Source: an uncultured Gammaproteobacteria bacterium (lineage in GTDB: Bacteria; Patescibacteriota; Microgenomatia; Levybacterales; GWA1-39-11). Taken from it: a stretch of DNA of 64,000 bases. This document shows positions 1 through 9,771 of this stretch, piece after piece (positions within the stretch are counted from its first letter, which is position 1; each line of letters starts with the position of its first letter). The position numbers and the translations under genes are program-made. The stretch covers positions 142,607 through 206,606 of the forward strand of contig CAYPEN010000002.1 of the NCBI GenBank assembly GCA_964409875.1. The letters are read 5' to 3'. The notes beneath the pieces were generated by a model that did not search any database, was not told where the DNA came from, and saw nothing but the letters and a program-made list of their open reading frames with translations.

Positions 1-19
1 TGTTCATATAACGATTGCG

Positions 20-829
20 ATGGTTTTCCATTTCACAACAAGCGTTACGAGAATTACTCTTGGAAACGGCAGCGATAACATACTTCTTGGAATAACTATA
101 CTCTTTTCGGCATTGATTCTTCTGGTCGCTTTCAACGTTTGGATAACGTTTTTTACCCTTGCCGACCAGATGCGGCTTCGAAGAATCCTGACAGCATTTT
201 ATATCCCGGTCGAAAGATTTCTTTTTGGGTGGATGGAGTCAAGACAGCACTATAAAAAAAGCCAGATATCGCCTTTTTTCAGGGTAAACGGGTACCCTCC
301 GAAAACGTCCGAATATGAAAATTTCGCATCACATAATTTTGAGGATTGGAAACTGAAAGTTTATGGACTTGTCGAAAACCCGCAAGAACTCTCTCTAAAA
401 GACCTGCAAGAGCTTCCAAAACACCAGCAGATCACCAAACATAATTGTATTCAGGGTTGGTCGGCTGTTGCCGAGTGGGGAGGGGTAAAAATGTCAGAAA
501 TTTTAAGGCTTTGCAGACCGACAAAGGACGCCAAATATGTCGTTTTCCACTGCCATGACAAGGATGATAAGGGGGCCTACTACTACACCTCTCTTGATAT
601 CCGCGATACACGAGATGACCAGACAATTCTTGCTTATGAAATGAATTATGAAACTCTGCCGATAAAATACGGTGCACCTCTAAGGCTCAGGTGTGAGAAA
701 AAGTTAGGTTTTAAGATGGCAAAATATTTAAAGTCCATTGAATTTGTGAAAGAGCTTGGCCACATTGGCCAAGGACATGGAGGATACCGCGAAGATACGG
801 TATTTTTTGACTGGGAAGCAGTAATCTAG
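20..829 (+). CDS. Molybdopterin-dependent oxidoreductase, sulfite-oxidase fold (MsrP/YedY-like), N-terminal membrane anchor
   Basis: The 'HNCIQGWS' Mo-domain motif of SO-family Moco domains is present. The N-terminus is hydrophobic. The reading frame stays open to the window edge, so the start may lie upstream. A Moco biosynthesis operon follows. Confidence 0.65.
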   Translation: MVFHFTTSVTRITLGNGSDNILLGITILFSALILLVAFNVWITFFTLADQMRLRRILTAFYIPVERFLFGWMESRQHYKKSQISPFFRVNGYPPKTSEYENFASHNFEDWKLKVYGLVENPQELSLKDLQELPKHQQITKHNCIQGWSAVAEWGGVKMSEILRLCRPTKDAKYVVFHCHDKDDKGAYYYTSLDIRDTRDDQTILAYEMNYETLPIKYGAPLRLRCEKKLGFKMAKYLKSIEFVKELGHIGQGHGGYREDTVFFDWEAVI

Positions 830-855
830 TTAACTAATCGGTACAGAAGCGCTAT

Positions 856-1350
856 ATGGAAAAAAAATTTAAGTCTATTTTGACTACCTTTTTGTTCACC
901 GGTTTTCTTCTCTTGACCCTTGGAATTCTTGCATTGATCCTAAAGCATCCGCTTATTTTCCCTTCACTTGGACCCACTGCATTTTTACTGGCTACAAATC
1001 CTAACGCAAAAATAACCTCCGCCAAAAATACCATTTTTGGACATCTTGTAGGAGCCCTCTGCGGATATTTCGCGCTCGTTGTTTTTGGCCTAACTGATAC
1101 TCCAGCAATAATCATTTCTGGAATCTCAATTCAATTCGTATTAGCAGCAACTCTGTCAATTGCAATGACATCTGCTTTGATGAAGCTCTTTTCTGTTGAA
1201 CATCCCCCGGCAGGTGCAACAACGCTTATAATCTCGCTAGGGATATTGCATACAATACCTAATATCATAGTACTTATGATCGCAGTCATCTTGATATATC
1301 TTGAAGCAAGATTCATAAATAACATGGGCATTATCAAAAATCATCGCTAG
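856..1350 (+). CDS. HPP-family integral membrane protein
   Basis: Contains 'EHPPAGATT', the signature HPP motif, and is multi-TM. Confidence 0.6.
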   Translation: MEKKFKSILTTFLFTGFLLLTLGILALILKHPLIFPSLGPTAFLLATNPNAKITSAKNTIFGHLVGALCGYFALVVFGLTDTPAIIISGISIQFVLAATLSIAMTSALMKLFSVEHPPAGATTLIISLGILHTIPNIIVLMIAVILIYLEARFINNMGIIKNHR

Positions 1351-1387
1351 CATCATCTTCTGAGGCTAATGCTATAATGCTTTTCAT

Positions 1388-1630
1388 ATGGTCATTAAAA
1401 TCCTTGCTTTTGGCATCGCAAAAGACATCATCGGCAAAGAAAAAATTAGTTTGGAAGTTGACAGGAATATCACCATCAAACAATTAAAAGCGGCATTATC
1501 CTCAAAATACCATAAACTTTCTTCTCTCCCCTCTTTTTTTCTTGCAGTAAACGCATCGTACGCAAAAGACGGAACAAAACTTAACAAAAATGATGAAATT
1601 GCTATAATTCCCCCAACGAACGGCGGCTGA
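1388..1630 (+). CDS. moaD: Molybdopterin synthase sulfur-carrier subunit MoaD (ThiS/MoaD fold)
   Basis: 80 aa ending in a C-terminal Gly-Gly. It lies immediately upstream of moaE. Confidence 0.75.
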   Translation: MVIKILAFGIAKDIIGKEKISLEVDRNITIKQLKAALSSKYHKLSSLPSFFLAVNASYAKDGTKLNKNDEIAIIPPTNGG

Positions 1631-1635
1631 TACAC

Positions 1636-2052
1636 ATGATAGAGCTTAAAATCAGCAAAAGAAAACTAAACATTGCCCAATGCATAACTTCCGTTGCATC
1701 TCATGAAGCCGGCGGCATAGATGTTTTTGTAGGAACGGTAAGAAACAAAACGAATGAAAAAAAAGTAAAATTCCTTTTTTATGAAACTTACGAAAAAATG
1801 GCACTCAAAGAAATGGAAATGATAGCAAAGTACGCCATAAAAAAATGGGGCCTAAAAAAAGTAGCAATTCACCACCGTATAGGAAAACTGAAGATAGGGG
1901 AAACGGCAGTGGTGATAGCTGTCTCAGCAGAACACCGAAAAGAAACCTTTGATGCATGTTACTACATCATAAATAAGCTAAAAAAAACTGTTCCCATTTG
2001 GAAAAAAGAAGTATATTTTGATGGAGAAGAATGGGTTTCGCCAACTCCTTAA
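1636..2052 (+). CDS. moaE: Molybdopterin synthase catalytic subunit MoaE
   Basis: 138 aa with MoaE-like conserved stretches, in operon context with moaD. Confidence 0.8.
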   Translation: MIELKISKRKLNIAQCITSVASHEAGGIDVFVGTVRNKTNEKKVKFLFYETYEKMALKEMEMIAKYAIKKWGLKKVAIHHRIGKLKIGETAVVIAVSAEHRKETFDACYYIINKLKKTVPIWKKEVYFDGEEWVSPTP

Positions 2053-3101
2053 GATGCTGCCCTCCAGGCGTTTACACCGCCTTCAAGGCTAAAAACTTCG
2101 GCTTTTGGAAACTCACGTAAAACAAGCTTTGCCGCCTCACCGCTTCTTATACCAGACCTGCAGTAAAAAACAACAGGCTTGTCAAATCTAAGAGCTGAAA
2201 TCTTATCTTCAAATTTATGTAACGGAATGTTCTTGCCGCCTATATTAAATTCTTTGTGTTCCTTTTGAGTTCTTACGTCGATTAACTCAAACTCCTTATT
2301 TTTTAATTTTTTCTTGAATTCGAAAACGGATAAAAGCGGTACGTCATCCGCAAACTGAGGGTTTTGCACTGCTTTTGTAACAGCAGGAAGATCTATAATC
2401 GTGCTTTTTAAGTTCCTTGCATCAAAAATAAAAAGTTTTGAAACAAGCATTTCCCCAAAGCGTGTTATGTATTTTATAACCTCATTTGCTTGCACTAATC
2501 CAATTATTCCGGCAATTGTAGGGACTACTCCACCCTCATCACAATTAGGGATTGTTATGTGCTTTTTTTCGGGAAATACATCACGGTAATTTGCCGAATA
2601 CGTACCATTTTTATTCTTGATATTAAAAATGCTAACCTGCCCTTCAAATTGAAAGATCGAACCGTATATAAAAGGCTTTTTCAAGAGGACGCACGCGTCA
2701 TTGAGTAGGTAACGCGTTTTGAAATTATCCGTACAATCAACCACAATATCATACTCTTTTATAAGCAGTAAAACATTTTTGGATGTTATTTTTTGGGAAA
2801 AACAAATGACATCCGTCTGAGAATTTTGCTCTTTTAATCTTCTTGCAGCAACATCAACCTTACTCTTGCCTACATCTTTTTCATCAAAAAGTATCTGCCT
2901 GTGAAGGTTTTTTAGTGAAACTTTATCAAAGTCTGCAATGCCAATTGTCCCAACACCAGTTGAAACTAGATATTGGCTTACGGGGCACCCAAGCCCGCCC
3001 ATCCCAACAATTAATACTTTTGCTTTTGCAAGCTTTCGTTGGGCTCTTTTGCCAAAACCTTTTAGCGGTAGCTGGCAGGTGTAACGTGTCAAATCAACCA
3101 T
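2049..3101 (-). CDS. moeB: Molybdopterin-synthase adenylyltransferase MoeB/ThiF with C-terminal rhodanese domain
   Basis: Carries the 'GMGGLGCP' E1-like nucleotide-binding motif. The C-terminal 'CRSGIRS' is a rhodanese active-site Cys loop. Confidence 0.85.
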   Translation of the reverse strand: MVDLTRYTCQLPLKGFGKRAQRKLAKAKVLIVGMGGLGCPVSQYLVSTGVGTIGIADFDKVSLKNLHRQILFDEKDVGKSKVDVAARRLKEQNSQTDVICFSQKITSKNVLLLIKEYDIVVDCTDNFKTRYLLNDACVLLKKPFIYGSIFQFEGQVSIFNIKNKNGTYSANYRDVFPEKKHITIPNCDEGGVVPTIAGIIGLVQANEVIKYITRFGEMLVSKLFIFDARNLKSTIIDLPAVTKAVQNPQFADDVPLLSVFEFKKKLKNKEFELIDVRTQKEHKEFNIGGKNIPLHKFEDKISALRFDKPVVFYCRSGIRSGEAAKLVLREFPKAEVFSLEGGVNAWRAAS

Positions 3102-3718
3102 GTTGCCCTACCCCTCTTTTTGATGATTTCCTCTGCTTTTCTTGCCTCATCCGGTGTGTTGGCATTCATTGTTAGCTCGACGATGGCAGGTTTTATAAGG
3201 TTTACATTATCAGAACTTCTTATAAGCGCTTTTCTGGGGCAGGTTATGCCCTCATCTAAAAGTTCTAAAAGCCTTAATTTGCTTTTTGCTTCCCAAATGG
3301 CGGCCAACGGTTCGGGTAGATTATCAATGTCGCTTTTATATGCAGTTGCAATCTTTTCCTGATTGCGGTTTGTCAGAAGGAATTCAACCGCTTTCTTATC
3401 AAACAACGGCAAGTCGCAAGCGACGACCAAAAAAGCTTTTCCCGGAAATTTTTCAAGGGCAGACAAAATTGCACCGTATTGCCCTAAGTCTTGAAACGTA
3501 TCTTCAATCGTTTTGTATCCTACCTTTATCAGGCTTTTCTGCTCAGGCCGTATCGAAATAAAAACCTTATCGCAGTATTTCGACAATAAGTCCGCCAGAT
3601 AATACCGTTGTTCAACTCCATGCCATTTTATTGCACCCTTGTCGTGTCCCATGCGTATACTTTTCCCCCCTGCCAAAACCAACCCGTATAAAGAATTTGA
3701 AGATATTTTCTGTGTCAT
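3089..3718 (-). CDS. mobA: Molybdenum cofactor guanylyltransferase MobA
   Basis: N-terminal 'LVLAGGKSIRMG' nucleotidyltransferase motif. Size and context also fit. Confidence 0.8.
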   Translation of the reverse strand: MTQKISSNSLYGLVLAGGKSIRMGHDKGAIKWHGVEQRYYLADLLSKYCDKVFISIRPEQKSLIKVGYKTIEDTFQDLGQYGAILSALEKFPGKAFLVVACDLPLFDKKAVEFLLTNRNQEKIATAYKSDIDNLPEPLAAIWEAKSKLRLLELLDEGITCPRKALIRSSDNVNLIKPAIVELTMNANTPDEARKAEEIIKKRGRATWLI

Positions 3719-3726
3719 ACTTTAAA

Positions 3727-4932
3727 TTATAGACCTTTAATCGGCCATATATTGCAAACATCTCCTTTTGCGTAATTTCCTTTTTTTGCAGGAAGTTCAA
3801 TAAAAACATCGGCCCCGATAGCTCCGATAAAATCACCCGAACCGTGATGCGGAAGGGGTGCTGCCAAGAGTATTCCCTTTTTATTTATATCCAAACGTGC
3901 CTGAGTAAAAAGGGTAAGGGATTCGTTTGCAGGTGTATCAGTAGCTAATACAGCAGTTTGGAACACGTTATTTTTTATAATCCCCAAACTCTTTTTAAGA
4001 TACGGAATAATGTAACGGTTGACGCATAAAAACGAGGAGACAGGATTGCCTGGCAAAGCAAAAACTATAACTCCATTTTTACTTTTCCCAAACCACATAG
4101 GCTTTCCGGGTTTTTGCGCTATTCCATGAAAAATTTTTTCAACTTTTAATTCTTCGAGAACCCGATAGACATAATCAAACTCTCCTTTTGAAACACCGCC
4201 GGAAATGATAACGACATCAAATTTTTGAAGATTTTTTTTAAGTGTATCTTTTATCTTATTTTTGTCATCTTCAACATGGAATAGCCGAGCATGGATTTTA
4301 TAAAGCAACAAGCAAGCATCAATTGCCAAATCGTTTGAACGCCTTATTTGATACTCATGTGGTTTTTTATCAATATCTACAAGCTCATTACCCGTTGTAA
4401 TTACAGCAACTTTGGGAAGTTTTGAAACTGCAACATAGGACTGTCCTACACTGGCCAATACTGGAACTATTTCAGGCTTGATAATTACGCCCGATTTCAA
4501 AACCACCGAACCCTTTTTTTTATCTACACCTTTTACATGGATAAATTGTCCTTCATTGACTGTTTTTGCAGTAATAAAAACAATATCTCCGTCGATATTT
4601 ATATCTTCAACCGGTATAACCGTATCGCAGGAAAGAGGTACTGCAGCGCCTGTCATAATCCTTATACATTCAGAAGGATTTTTTATCTCTTTTGGTTTTT
4701 CTCCTGCTGAAACGGTTGCCGAAATTTTGAATTCCCTGATTCCTCTTTTAAAACCCTCAAACCGTATAGCAATTCCATCCATCGTCGAACGGTTAAAAGG
4801 AGGATATGGCCGGTCTGCCAAAACATCTTTTGCCAAAACCCTTTGATGCGAATCGGAAAGTTTTACTTTTTCAGTGCCAAAACTTTTTGCCTGAGAAAGA
4901 ACAAGCGCCTCTGCTTTTTTGACTGTTATCAC
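3727..4932 (-). CDS. moeA: Molybdopterin molybdotransferase MoeA
   Basis: 401 aa with MoeA-like N-terminal and central MoCF-biosynthesis domain motifs ('MDGIAI', 'GGVSKGEFD'). Confidence 0.85.
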   Translation of the reverse strand: MITVKKAEALVLSQAKSFGTEKVKLSDSHQRVLAKDVLADRPYPPFNRSTMDGIAIRFEGFKRGIREFKISATVSAGEKPKEIKNPSECIRIMTGAAVPLSCDTVIPVEDINIDGDIVFITAKTVNEGQFIHVKGVDKKKGSVVLKSGVIIKPEIVPVLASVGQSYVAVSKLPKVAVITTGNELVDIDKKPHEYQIRRSNDLAIDACLLLYKIHARLFHVEDDKNKIKDTLKKNLQKFDVVIISGGVSKGEFDYVYRVLEELKVEKIFHGIAQKPGKPMWFGKSKNGVIVFALPGNPVSSFLCVNRYIIPYLKKSLGIIKNNVFQTAVLATDTPANESLTLFTQARLDINKKGILLAAPLPHHGSGDFIGAIGADVFIELPAKKGNYAKGDVCNIWPIKGL

Positions 4933-5022
4933 CTCCCCATAATATACGAGAGGATTATGAAATGGAAGTGCCCTACATCACAAATTAACTCGACCGTCAT
5001 TGCGAACACGGGGAAACAATCT

Positions 5023-5538
5023 TTATCGTTTCTGCTGTGAAGACACACCCTCAAGATAATTATTAATCGCGTTTGAAATATTTGGCATGAGATGCTTTTT
5101 CTCCCATATTTCTTTTCCCTCATCCTCTTCTGCCCATTTTTTGATCGTTTCCATTTCGACCCATTCTGGAATGGTTTTTTCATCTTCTTTTAATTCGCCT
5201 TCGTGCGCTTTACAATGGTAAACCCGCATCTGTCCATGCCTTAGCTCTCCTGTTTTTGTCCTTACCAAATCCGCACCGAAAAAATTATTTTCAAACTGTT
5301 CCAGGCTATTCTCATCAGTAACCAAACCTGTTTCTTCAAATAACTCCCGTTTTGCGGCCTCTTTTGGAGATTCACCCAGCTCAATTTTACCTGCCGGTAT
5401 TCCATATATCCCTTCTTCATTTTGGGCGGCACCGGTGTGTTTGACCATTAAGACTTTGTCGTTTTTTTCGTTAAATATTAAAACCCCGACAGTCTGCATC
5501 GTGCCGGGAATTTCTTGTGAGGTTATCTCTTCAGGCAT
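5023..5538 (-). CDS. NUDIX hydrolase
   Basis: Nudix box 'GESPKEAAKRELFEETGL'. Confidence 0.8.
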   Translation of the reverse strand: MPEEITSQEIPGTMQTVGVLIFNEKNDKVLMVKHTGAAQNEEGIYGIPAGKIELGESPKEAAKRELFEETGLVTDENSLEQFENNFFGADLVRTKTGELRHGQMRVYHCKAHEGELKEDEKTIPEWVEMETIKKWAEEDEGKEIWEKKHLMPNISNAINNYLEGVSSQQKR

Positions 5539-5959
5539 ATTTTAATTTTAATCCTTCATTGACAGCATTTTCAGTATTTGGAAGCAGATTTCCAAGTTCA
5601 TTTATTCTTTTGACCTGAATCCACTGTGGCATCGTCTCATCTGACCCGGCTAACTCACCTGAAAAAATTTTGACAAGAAATACGTTCCAATATGTTCGGA
5701 GTATTTCTCCACTCTTTCTCTTGATATCTCCTTCATAAATGGTGGGTAATTGCACCATTGATTCCTTGTCAGGCACGAGCCCTGTTTCTTCTTCAAATTC
5801 ACGAGCGGCAGCATCAATAAGACCTTCTCGTTCATCAAGCCTACCACCGGGAAGACCCCACACTCCGGTTAAGTGATGTGCTTTTTCTCCATGTTCAACC
5901 AACAGCACTGCGTTATTTTGGAAAGCAACGCAACCAACAGTATGCAATCTTTCATTCAT
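5531..5959 (-). CDS. NUDIX hydrolase (tandem paralog)
   Basis: Nudix box 'REGLIDAAAREFEEETGL'. It overlaps the downstream NUDIX gene by 8 nt. Confidence 0.8.
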   Translation of the reverse strand: MNERLHTVGCVAFQNNAVLLVEHGEKAHHLTGVWGLPGGRLDEREGLIDAAAREFEEETGLVPDKESMVQLPTIYEGDIKRKSGEILRTYWNVFLVKIFSGELAGSDETMPQWIQVKRINELGNLLPNTENAVNEGLKLKYA

Positions 5960-6011
5960 ATACGGAAATTATAACGCACCATGACAAACATCGCTTATAA
6001 CAAAGGGGGTT

Positions 6012-7028
6012 CTATTTCGCCATCTTGCCGGTCTTTTTGTCGTAAAGCCCACCGGCAACGGTCAACTCTGCTTTGAGCATTGGGTATGGGTCGTAGTCGA
6101 CAAGCTCTACAAATTCGGGGCGGAACTCGTCGATACTTTTAAACTTTTTTGTGAATTTTATTGTCGGGAATTTTCGGGGTTTTCTTTTTAATTGCTCTTT
6201 CACTTGTGGGATGTGGTTTTCGTATATATGAACGTCCCCAAAAGTATGGACAAATTCCCCCGGTTCAAGTCCTAAAATATGCGCCAAGATCATGGTCAAA
6301 AGCGCGTATGAGGCAATGTTGAATGGCACACCTAAAAATACATCGGCGCTTCGCTGGTAGAGCTGTAACGATAACTTGTTTCCCCGTCGCGAAACTTGGT
6401 ACATATTGTGGCAAATCGGGAACCGCGACGCATCCTCATTGGTCGCCATCGTATATAGATATTCGGGATTCCAGGAGTTAACGATAAGGTTTTTTGCATC
6501 CGGGTCGTCCTTTACCTCCTGCATAACCCATTTCAGCTGATCAATCGTGCGCCCCTTTGTCCGTGTCGGCCAGTGCCTCCACATCTCCCCATAAATCCGT
6601 GGCAACTCTCCCCATTTTTTGGCAAATGAAGGGCTTGATTTAATTTTCTCGATGAACTCCTCCTTACTTAATATCTTTTTCTCCCCCGCCTCGACTCGCT
6701 GTCGCTTGTCGACGCGAGGCGGGTTTTCCATTTTTCCTTGATAAATTTTATAAGGGTAATCTGTCCAAATATTAACGTTTCTGTCTACCAGATACTTAAT
6801 GTTGGTTTGTCCTGACATGAACCAATAAAGCTCTTCCAAAACCCCTTTCCAGTAGACTTTTTTTGTGGTGAGTAATGGGAAACCTTTTGACAAATCATAT
6901 CTTGTCTGTCGGCCAAAAACGGAATACAAGACAATGTCGGTTCCACGATCAACTTTTTTCTCACCTTTTTTGAGGATTTCTTCTAATAAATCGAGGTATT
7001 GATATTCCGGATGTCTTTGCGCTGCCAT
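6012..7028 (-). CDS. thyA: Thymidylate synthase ThyA (long form with internal insertion)
   Basis: Carries 'FPLLTTKK', the active-site 'PICHNMYQ' and 'QRSADVFLGVPFNIASYALL'. An insertion of about 60-70 aa follows the 'NIWTD' region. Confidence 0.9.
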   Translation of the reverse strand: MAAQRHPEYQYLDLLEEILKKGEKKVDRGTDIVLYSVFGRQTRYDLSKGFPLLTTKKVYWKGVLEELYWFMSGQTNIKYLVDRNVNIWTDYPYKIYQGKMENPPRVDKRQRVEAGEKKILSKEEFIEKIKSSPSFAKKWGELPRIYGEMWRHWPTRTKGRTIDQLKWVMQEVKDDPDAKNLIVNSWNPEYLYTMATNEDASRFPICHNMYQVSRRGNKLSLQLYQRSADVFLGVPFNIASYALLTMILAHILGLEPGEFVHTFGDVHIYENHIPQVKEQLKRKPRKFPTIKFTKKFKSIDEFRPEFVELVDYDPYPMLKAELTVAGGLYDKKTGKMAK

Positions 7029-7070
7029 TTTGATTTAATATAAAACCACTCTTAGTGCTTGTCAATAAGA

Positions 7071-7610
7071 CTAAACCTGTCTTTCTTTTTTCGTTGCGGC
7101 GACACGTCCGCCCTGCCATTGACCACGATACTGACTTCCTTTACCCTTCACTTCCATAAACATAGCAAAAATATACCGGGCTCCCAACTCGATTGTGACC
7201 GTTGCCGGACCCGCATTGTAGAGTAATGGGTGAACCGTGCCTGAATATCCGGGGTCGACTATAGCCATTCTGGCAATTATCCCCGAGCGCTGCAGTGTTG
7301 TTCTTGGCTTTAGAATTCCTACCAAATCAAGGGGCATATTAAATTTTTCATATGTTTCAGTAAGATAGATTTCTCCAGGTTTGATGATGATAGAGCTCTT
7401 TTTCTTCGGATCAAATTCCTTAACCAAAACCACATCGGGCGTTTTTCTTTCCTCAATTCCCAAATATGAGTTACCTTTAAGCTTAAAAACTTTCCCAAGA
7501 CGTAAATCAAACCCCGCTCCTTCGGGATTATTAAGCTCCCTATCAGCGAGATTTTCTACTAGCTTTTTCTTCTTAACAAGTTCTAATAAATTTTTTGGTC
7601 CTAGAATCAT
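7071..7610 (-). CDS. dcd: dCTP deaminase
   Basis: Has 'AGFDLRLG' and a dUTPase-like fold signature. It is adjacent to thyA and tmk. Confidence 0.8.
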   Translation of the reverse strand: MILGPKNLLELVKKKKLVENLADRELNNPEGAGFDLRLGKVFKLKGNSYLGIEERKTPDVVLVKEFDPKKKSSIIIKPGEIYLTETYEKFNMPLDLVGILKPRTTLQRSGIIARMAIVDPGYSGTVHPLLYNAGPATVTIELGARYIFAMFMEVKGKGSQYRGQWQGGRVAATKKERQV

Positions 7611-7612
7611 AA

Positions 7613-8293
7613 TTATTTTTTCGGCAACAAACGCACAATGTCCTCCGTCACTTTTTCAACCGGTTGATTACCATTAATTTTTGTAATCACATCGGCAAAG
7701 CGCTCATTGATGTATTCGTAACCCGTCAACACTTTTGCAATTTTATCCTTGTCCTCATAAATTTCCTTGACATCATCTTTTGCGCTCAACCTTTTCCACG
7801 ACGCCTCCAGAGGAATAGCAAGGTAAAAAGTAAAATCAGGGACGGTAAACTGGTGGTACATCGACAAAATTGACTGTGTCATAAGGAGAAGATCGGCGTC
7901 CTTTTTGTCATATGTTCCACCCGTCCTATCCAAAATGCCGTACACAATTGCTGACCAAAAACACCGGTCTGTTAACACTACTTTTCCCTCAGAGAGTGCC
8001 GGAAGCACAACATCATGGTGATTTGCAGCTCTATCGGCAGAAAAAAGGTACTGTAAGGACACAGAAGGAAGTTTCACTTCTCCCAACAACACCTTGTGCA
8101 CAATATCTCCGATAACCCCACTTTTTCTTGGCTCACGAGTCACAACAACTTCCCGTCCATTATCTTTAAAATACTGGGTAAGTCTTTCAAGTTGGGTTGT
8201 TTTTCCGCACCCATCAATTCCTTCAAGCGCAATGTAGAGTCCGGGAGAAGTGTTTTTCTTAAGTGTTATCTCAAAATTAACGGGGTATTTCAT
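7613..8293 (-). CDS. tmk: Thymidylate kinase
   Basis: P-loop 'LEGIDGCGKTTQ' and a DR(C/Y) motif. Confidence 0.9.
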   Translation of the reverse strand: MKYPVNFEITLKKNTSPGLYIALEGIDGCGKTTQLERLTQYFKDNGREVVVTREPRKSGVIGDIVHKVLLGEVKLPSVSLQYLFSADRAANHHDVVLPALSEGKVVLTDRCFWSAIVYGILDRTGGTYDKKDADLLLMTQSILSMYHQFTVPDFTFYLAIPLEASWKRLSAKDDVKEIYEDKDKIAKVLTGYEYINERFADVITKINGNQPVEKVTEDIVRLLPKK

Positions 8294-8343
8294 AGAAATT
8301 ACGCTTCATAGTACCATATTGTCTGCTACAATAAAACAGCAAA

Positions 8344-8625
8344 ATGGACCAGATTGCAGACATTCTTAAGAAATTTAACCCAACCGAGGACAAGTATATT
8401 TCCCGTGAATTCCAAAGTTATGGAATATACCTTGCAGAGGAATTAAATGACTACAAACATAAAGCTCTCTACATAAAACTTGCCAAAACTACTCACCGCT
8501 CTATTCTTGAAAAAGCACTTTCCTACTGCAAAGATGCAAAGGTCGATAGAAAAGGAGCATTGTTCATGTGGAAATTGAAACAGTTAAAAGAGGCAGGAAA
8601 AGACTCCACAACAAAAAAAGCTTGA
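8344..8625 (+). CDS. Hypothetical protein
   Basis: 93-aa ORF with coding-like composition. No recognisable motif. Confidence 0.3.
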   Translation: MDQIADILKKFNPTEDKYISREFQSYGIYLAEELNDYKHKALYIKLAKTTHRSILEKALSYCKDAKVDRKGALFMWKLKQLKEAGKDSTTKKA

Positions 8626-8626
8626 T

Positions 8627-9190
8627 ATGAAACCTATCCTTGCCCGCCTCAGACGCTCTCAAAAACACCATAGAAAACTCTATTTTTTGCTCCTTATACT
8701 TCTTTCTGCCGTGCTCTTTTTCCCTGTTTTCTATCAAATCCGTCATTCCGAATTCCGCTCTTTTGGGTTGGTGGGAGTTTTTTTACTCAACCTTTTAGGA
8801 AGCGCGACGATTTTTTTCCCGACCCCGGCGTTTCTTTCAGTCGGGATATCTGCAACAAAAATAAACCCGCTTCTGGTAGCACTTGTCGCATCTGCCGGTG
8901 GGGCATTGGGCGAGGGGACAACATTTCTTTTTGGATATACATCTAACAAAGCGTTCAATTTGGAAAAACGCAAAATGCTGAAGAAATTTAAAAAGAATAT
9001 ATTTGACCGGTATGGATGGGCGGCTATTTTTGTTCTTGCTTTAGTTCCCAATCCCATGTTTGACGGCATAGGAATGGTTGCCGGTATATCAAAATACCCT
9101 ATTAAGAAATTCCTGTTTCTTACTTTTGTGGGAAGATTTGTTAGATATCTTGTTTTAGGGTATGTAACGCAGTATATTGCACTTAGATGA
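8627..9190 (+). CDS. DedA/YqaA-like small membrane protein (VTT-domain)
   Basis: Multi-TM. The glycine-rich 'SAGGALGEGTTF' stretch and its topology resemble YqaA/DedA. Confidence 0.45.
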   Translation: MKPILARLRRSQKHHRKLYFLLLILLSAVLFFPVFYQIRHSEFRSFGLVGVFLLNLLGSATIFFPTPAFLSVGISATKINPLLVALVASAGGALGEGTTFLFGYTSNKAFNLEKRKMLKKFKKNIFDRYGWAAIFVLALVPNPMFDGIGMVAGISKYPIKKFLFLTFVGRFVRYLVLGYVTQYIALR

Positions 9191-9489
9191 AATCATACCG
9201 TGAAAAAGTATACGCACTTGTCAGAAAAATTCCGCGCGGAAAGGTGACAACTTATGGACAAATCGCACATAAGCTCCACATGTCACCGCGTACTGTTGGA
9301 ACAGCACTCCACCTCAACCCCTACGAAGGAGACGTTCCCTGCCATAGAGTAGTCAACCGTGACGGACGAATTGCTCCGGGATTTGCTTTTGGAGGAATTG
9401 GAGCTCAAAGAAAACTTCTTGAAAATGAAGGGGTAAAGTTTGAAGACGAAACTCATGTAGCCTTATCTAATCATTTTTACCAAATCTAA
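9187..9489 (+). CDS. Methylated-DNA-protein-cysteine methyltransferase family protein (DNA-binding/active-site domain only)
   Basis: Has the 'PCHRVV' active-site cysteine motif and an MGMT C-terminal domain signature. Confidence 0.75.
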   Translation: MKSYREKVYALVRKIPRGKVTTYGQIAHKLHMSPRTVGTALHLNPYEGDVPCHRVVNRDGRIAPGFAFGGIGAQRKLLENEGVKFEDETHVALSNHFYQI

Positions 9490-9504
9490 CCCAATAGTAC
9501 ACCT

Positions 9505-9765
9505 ATGACCGAACTCATCTCTCTTGCCGTGCCAGAAACCCAGGAAGCTATTTTAAGAATGGCCGCATGCCCCACCTCACTAGACCAACTCAATTCGCGG
9601 TTAGCTGAAGAAGGATTTCAGATAGATCATTTGCTCGAGGTAAATATACACTGGCTTCTTCAGAGTGGGGAGTTGACAATGGGAAAAGATTATTTCCTTG
9701 CTTCAGGTCAAAATCCGCACCAACTTTCACTTCCCCTTTTTGACGACCTGCCGGAAAGCGCCTAA
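9505..9765 (+). CDS. Hypothetical protein
   Basis: 86-aa ORF with no motif. Confidence 0.3.
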   Translation: MTELISLAVPETQEAILRMAACPTSLDQLNSRLAEEGFQIDHLLEVNIHWLLQSGELTMGKDYFLASGQNPHQLSLPLFDDLPESA

Positions 9766-9771
9766 CTTCAG

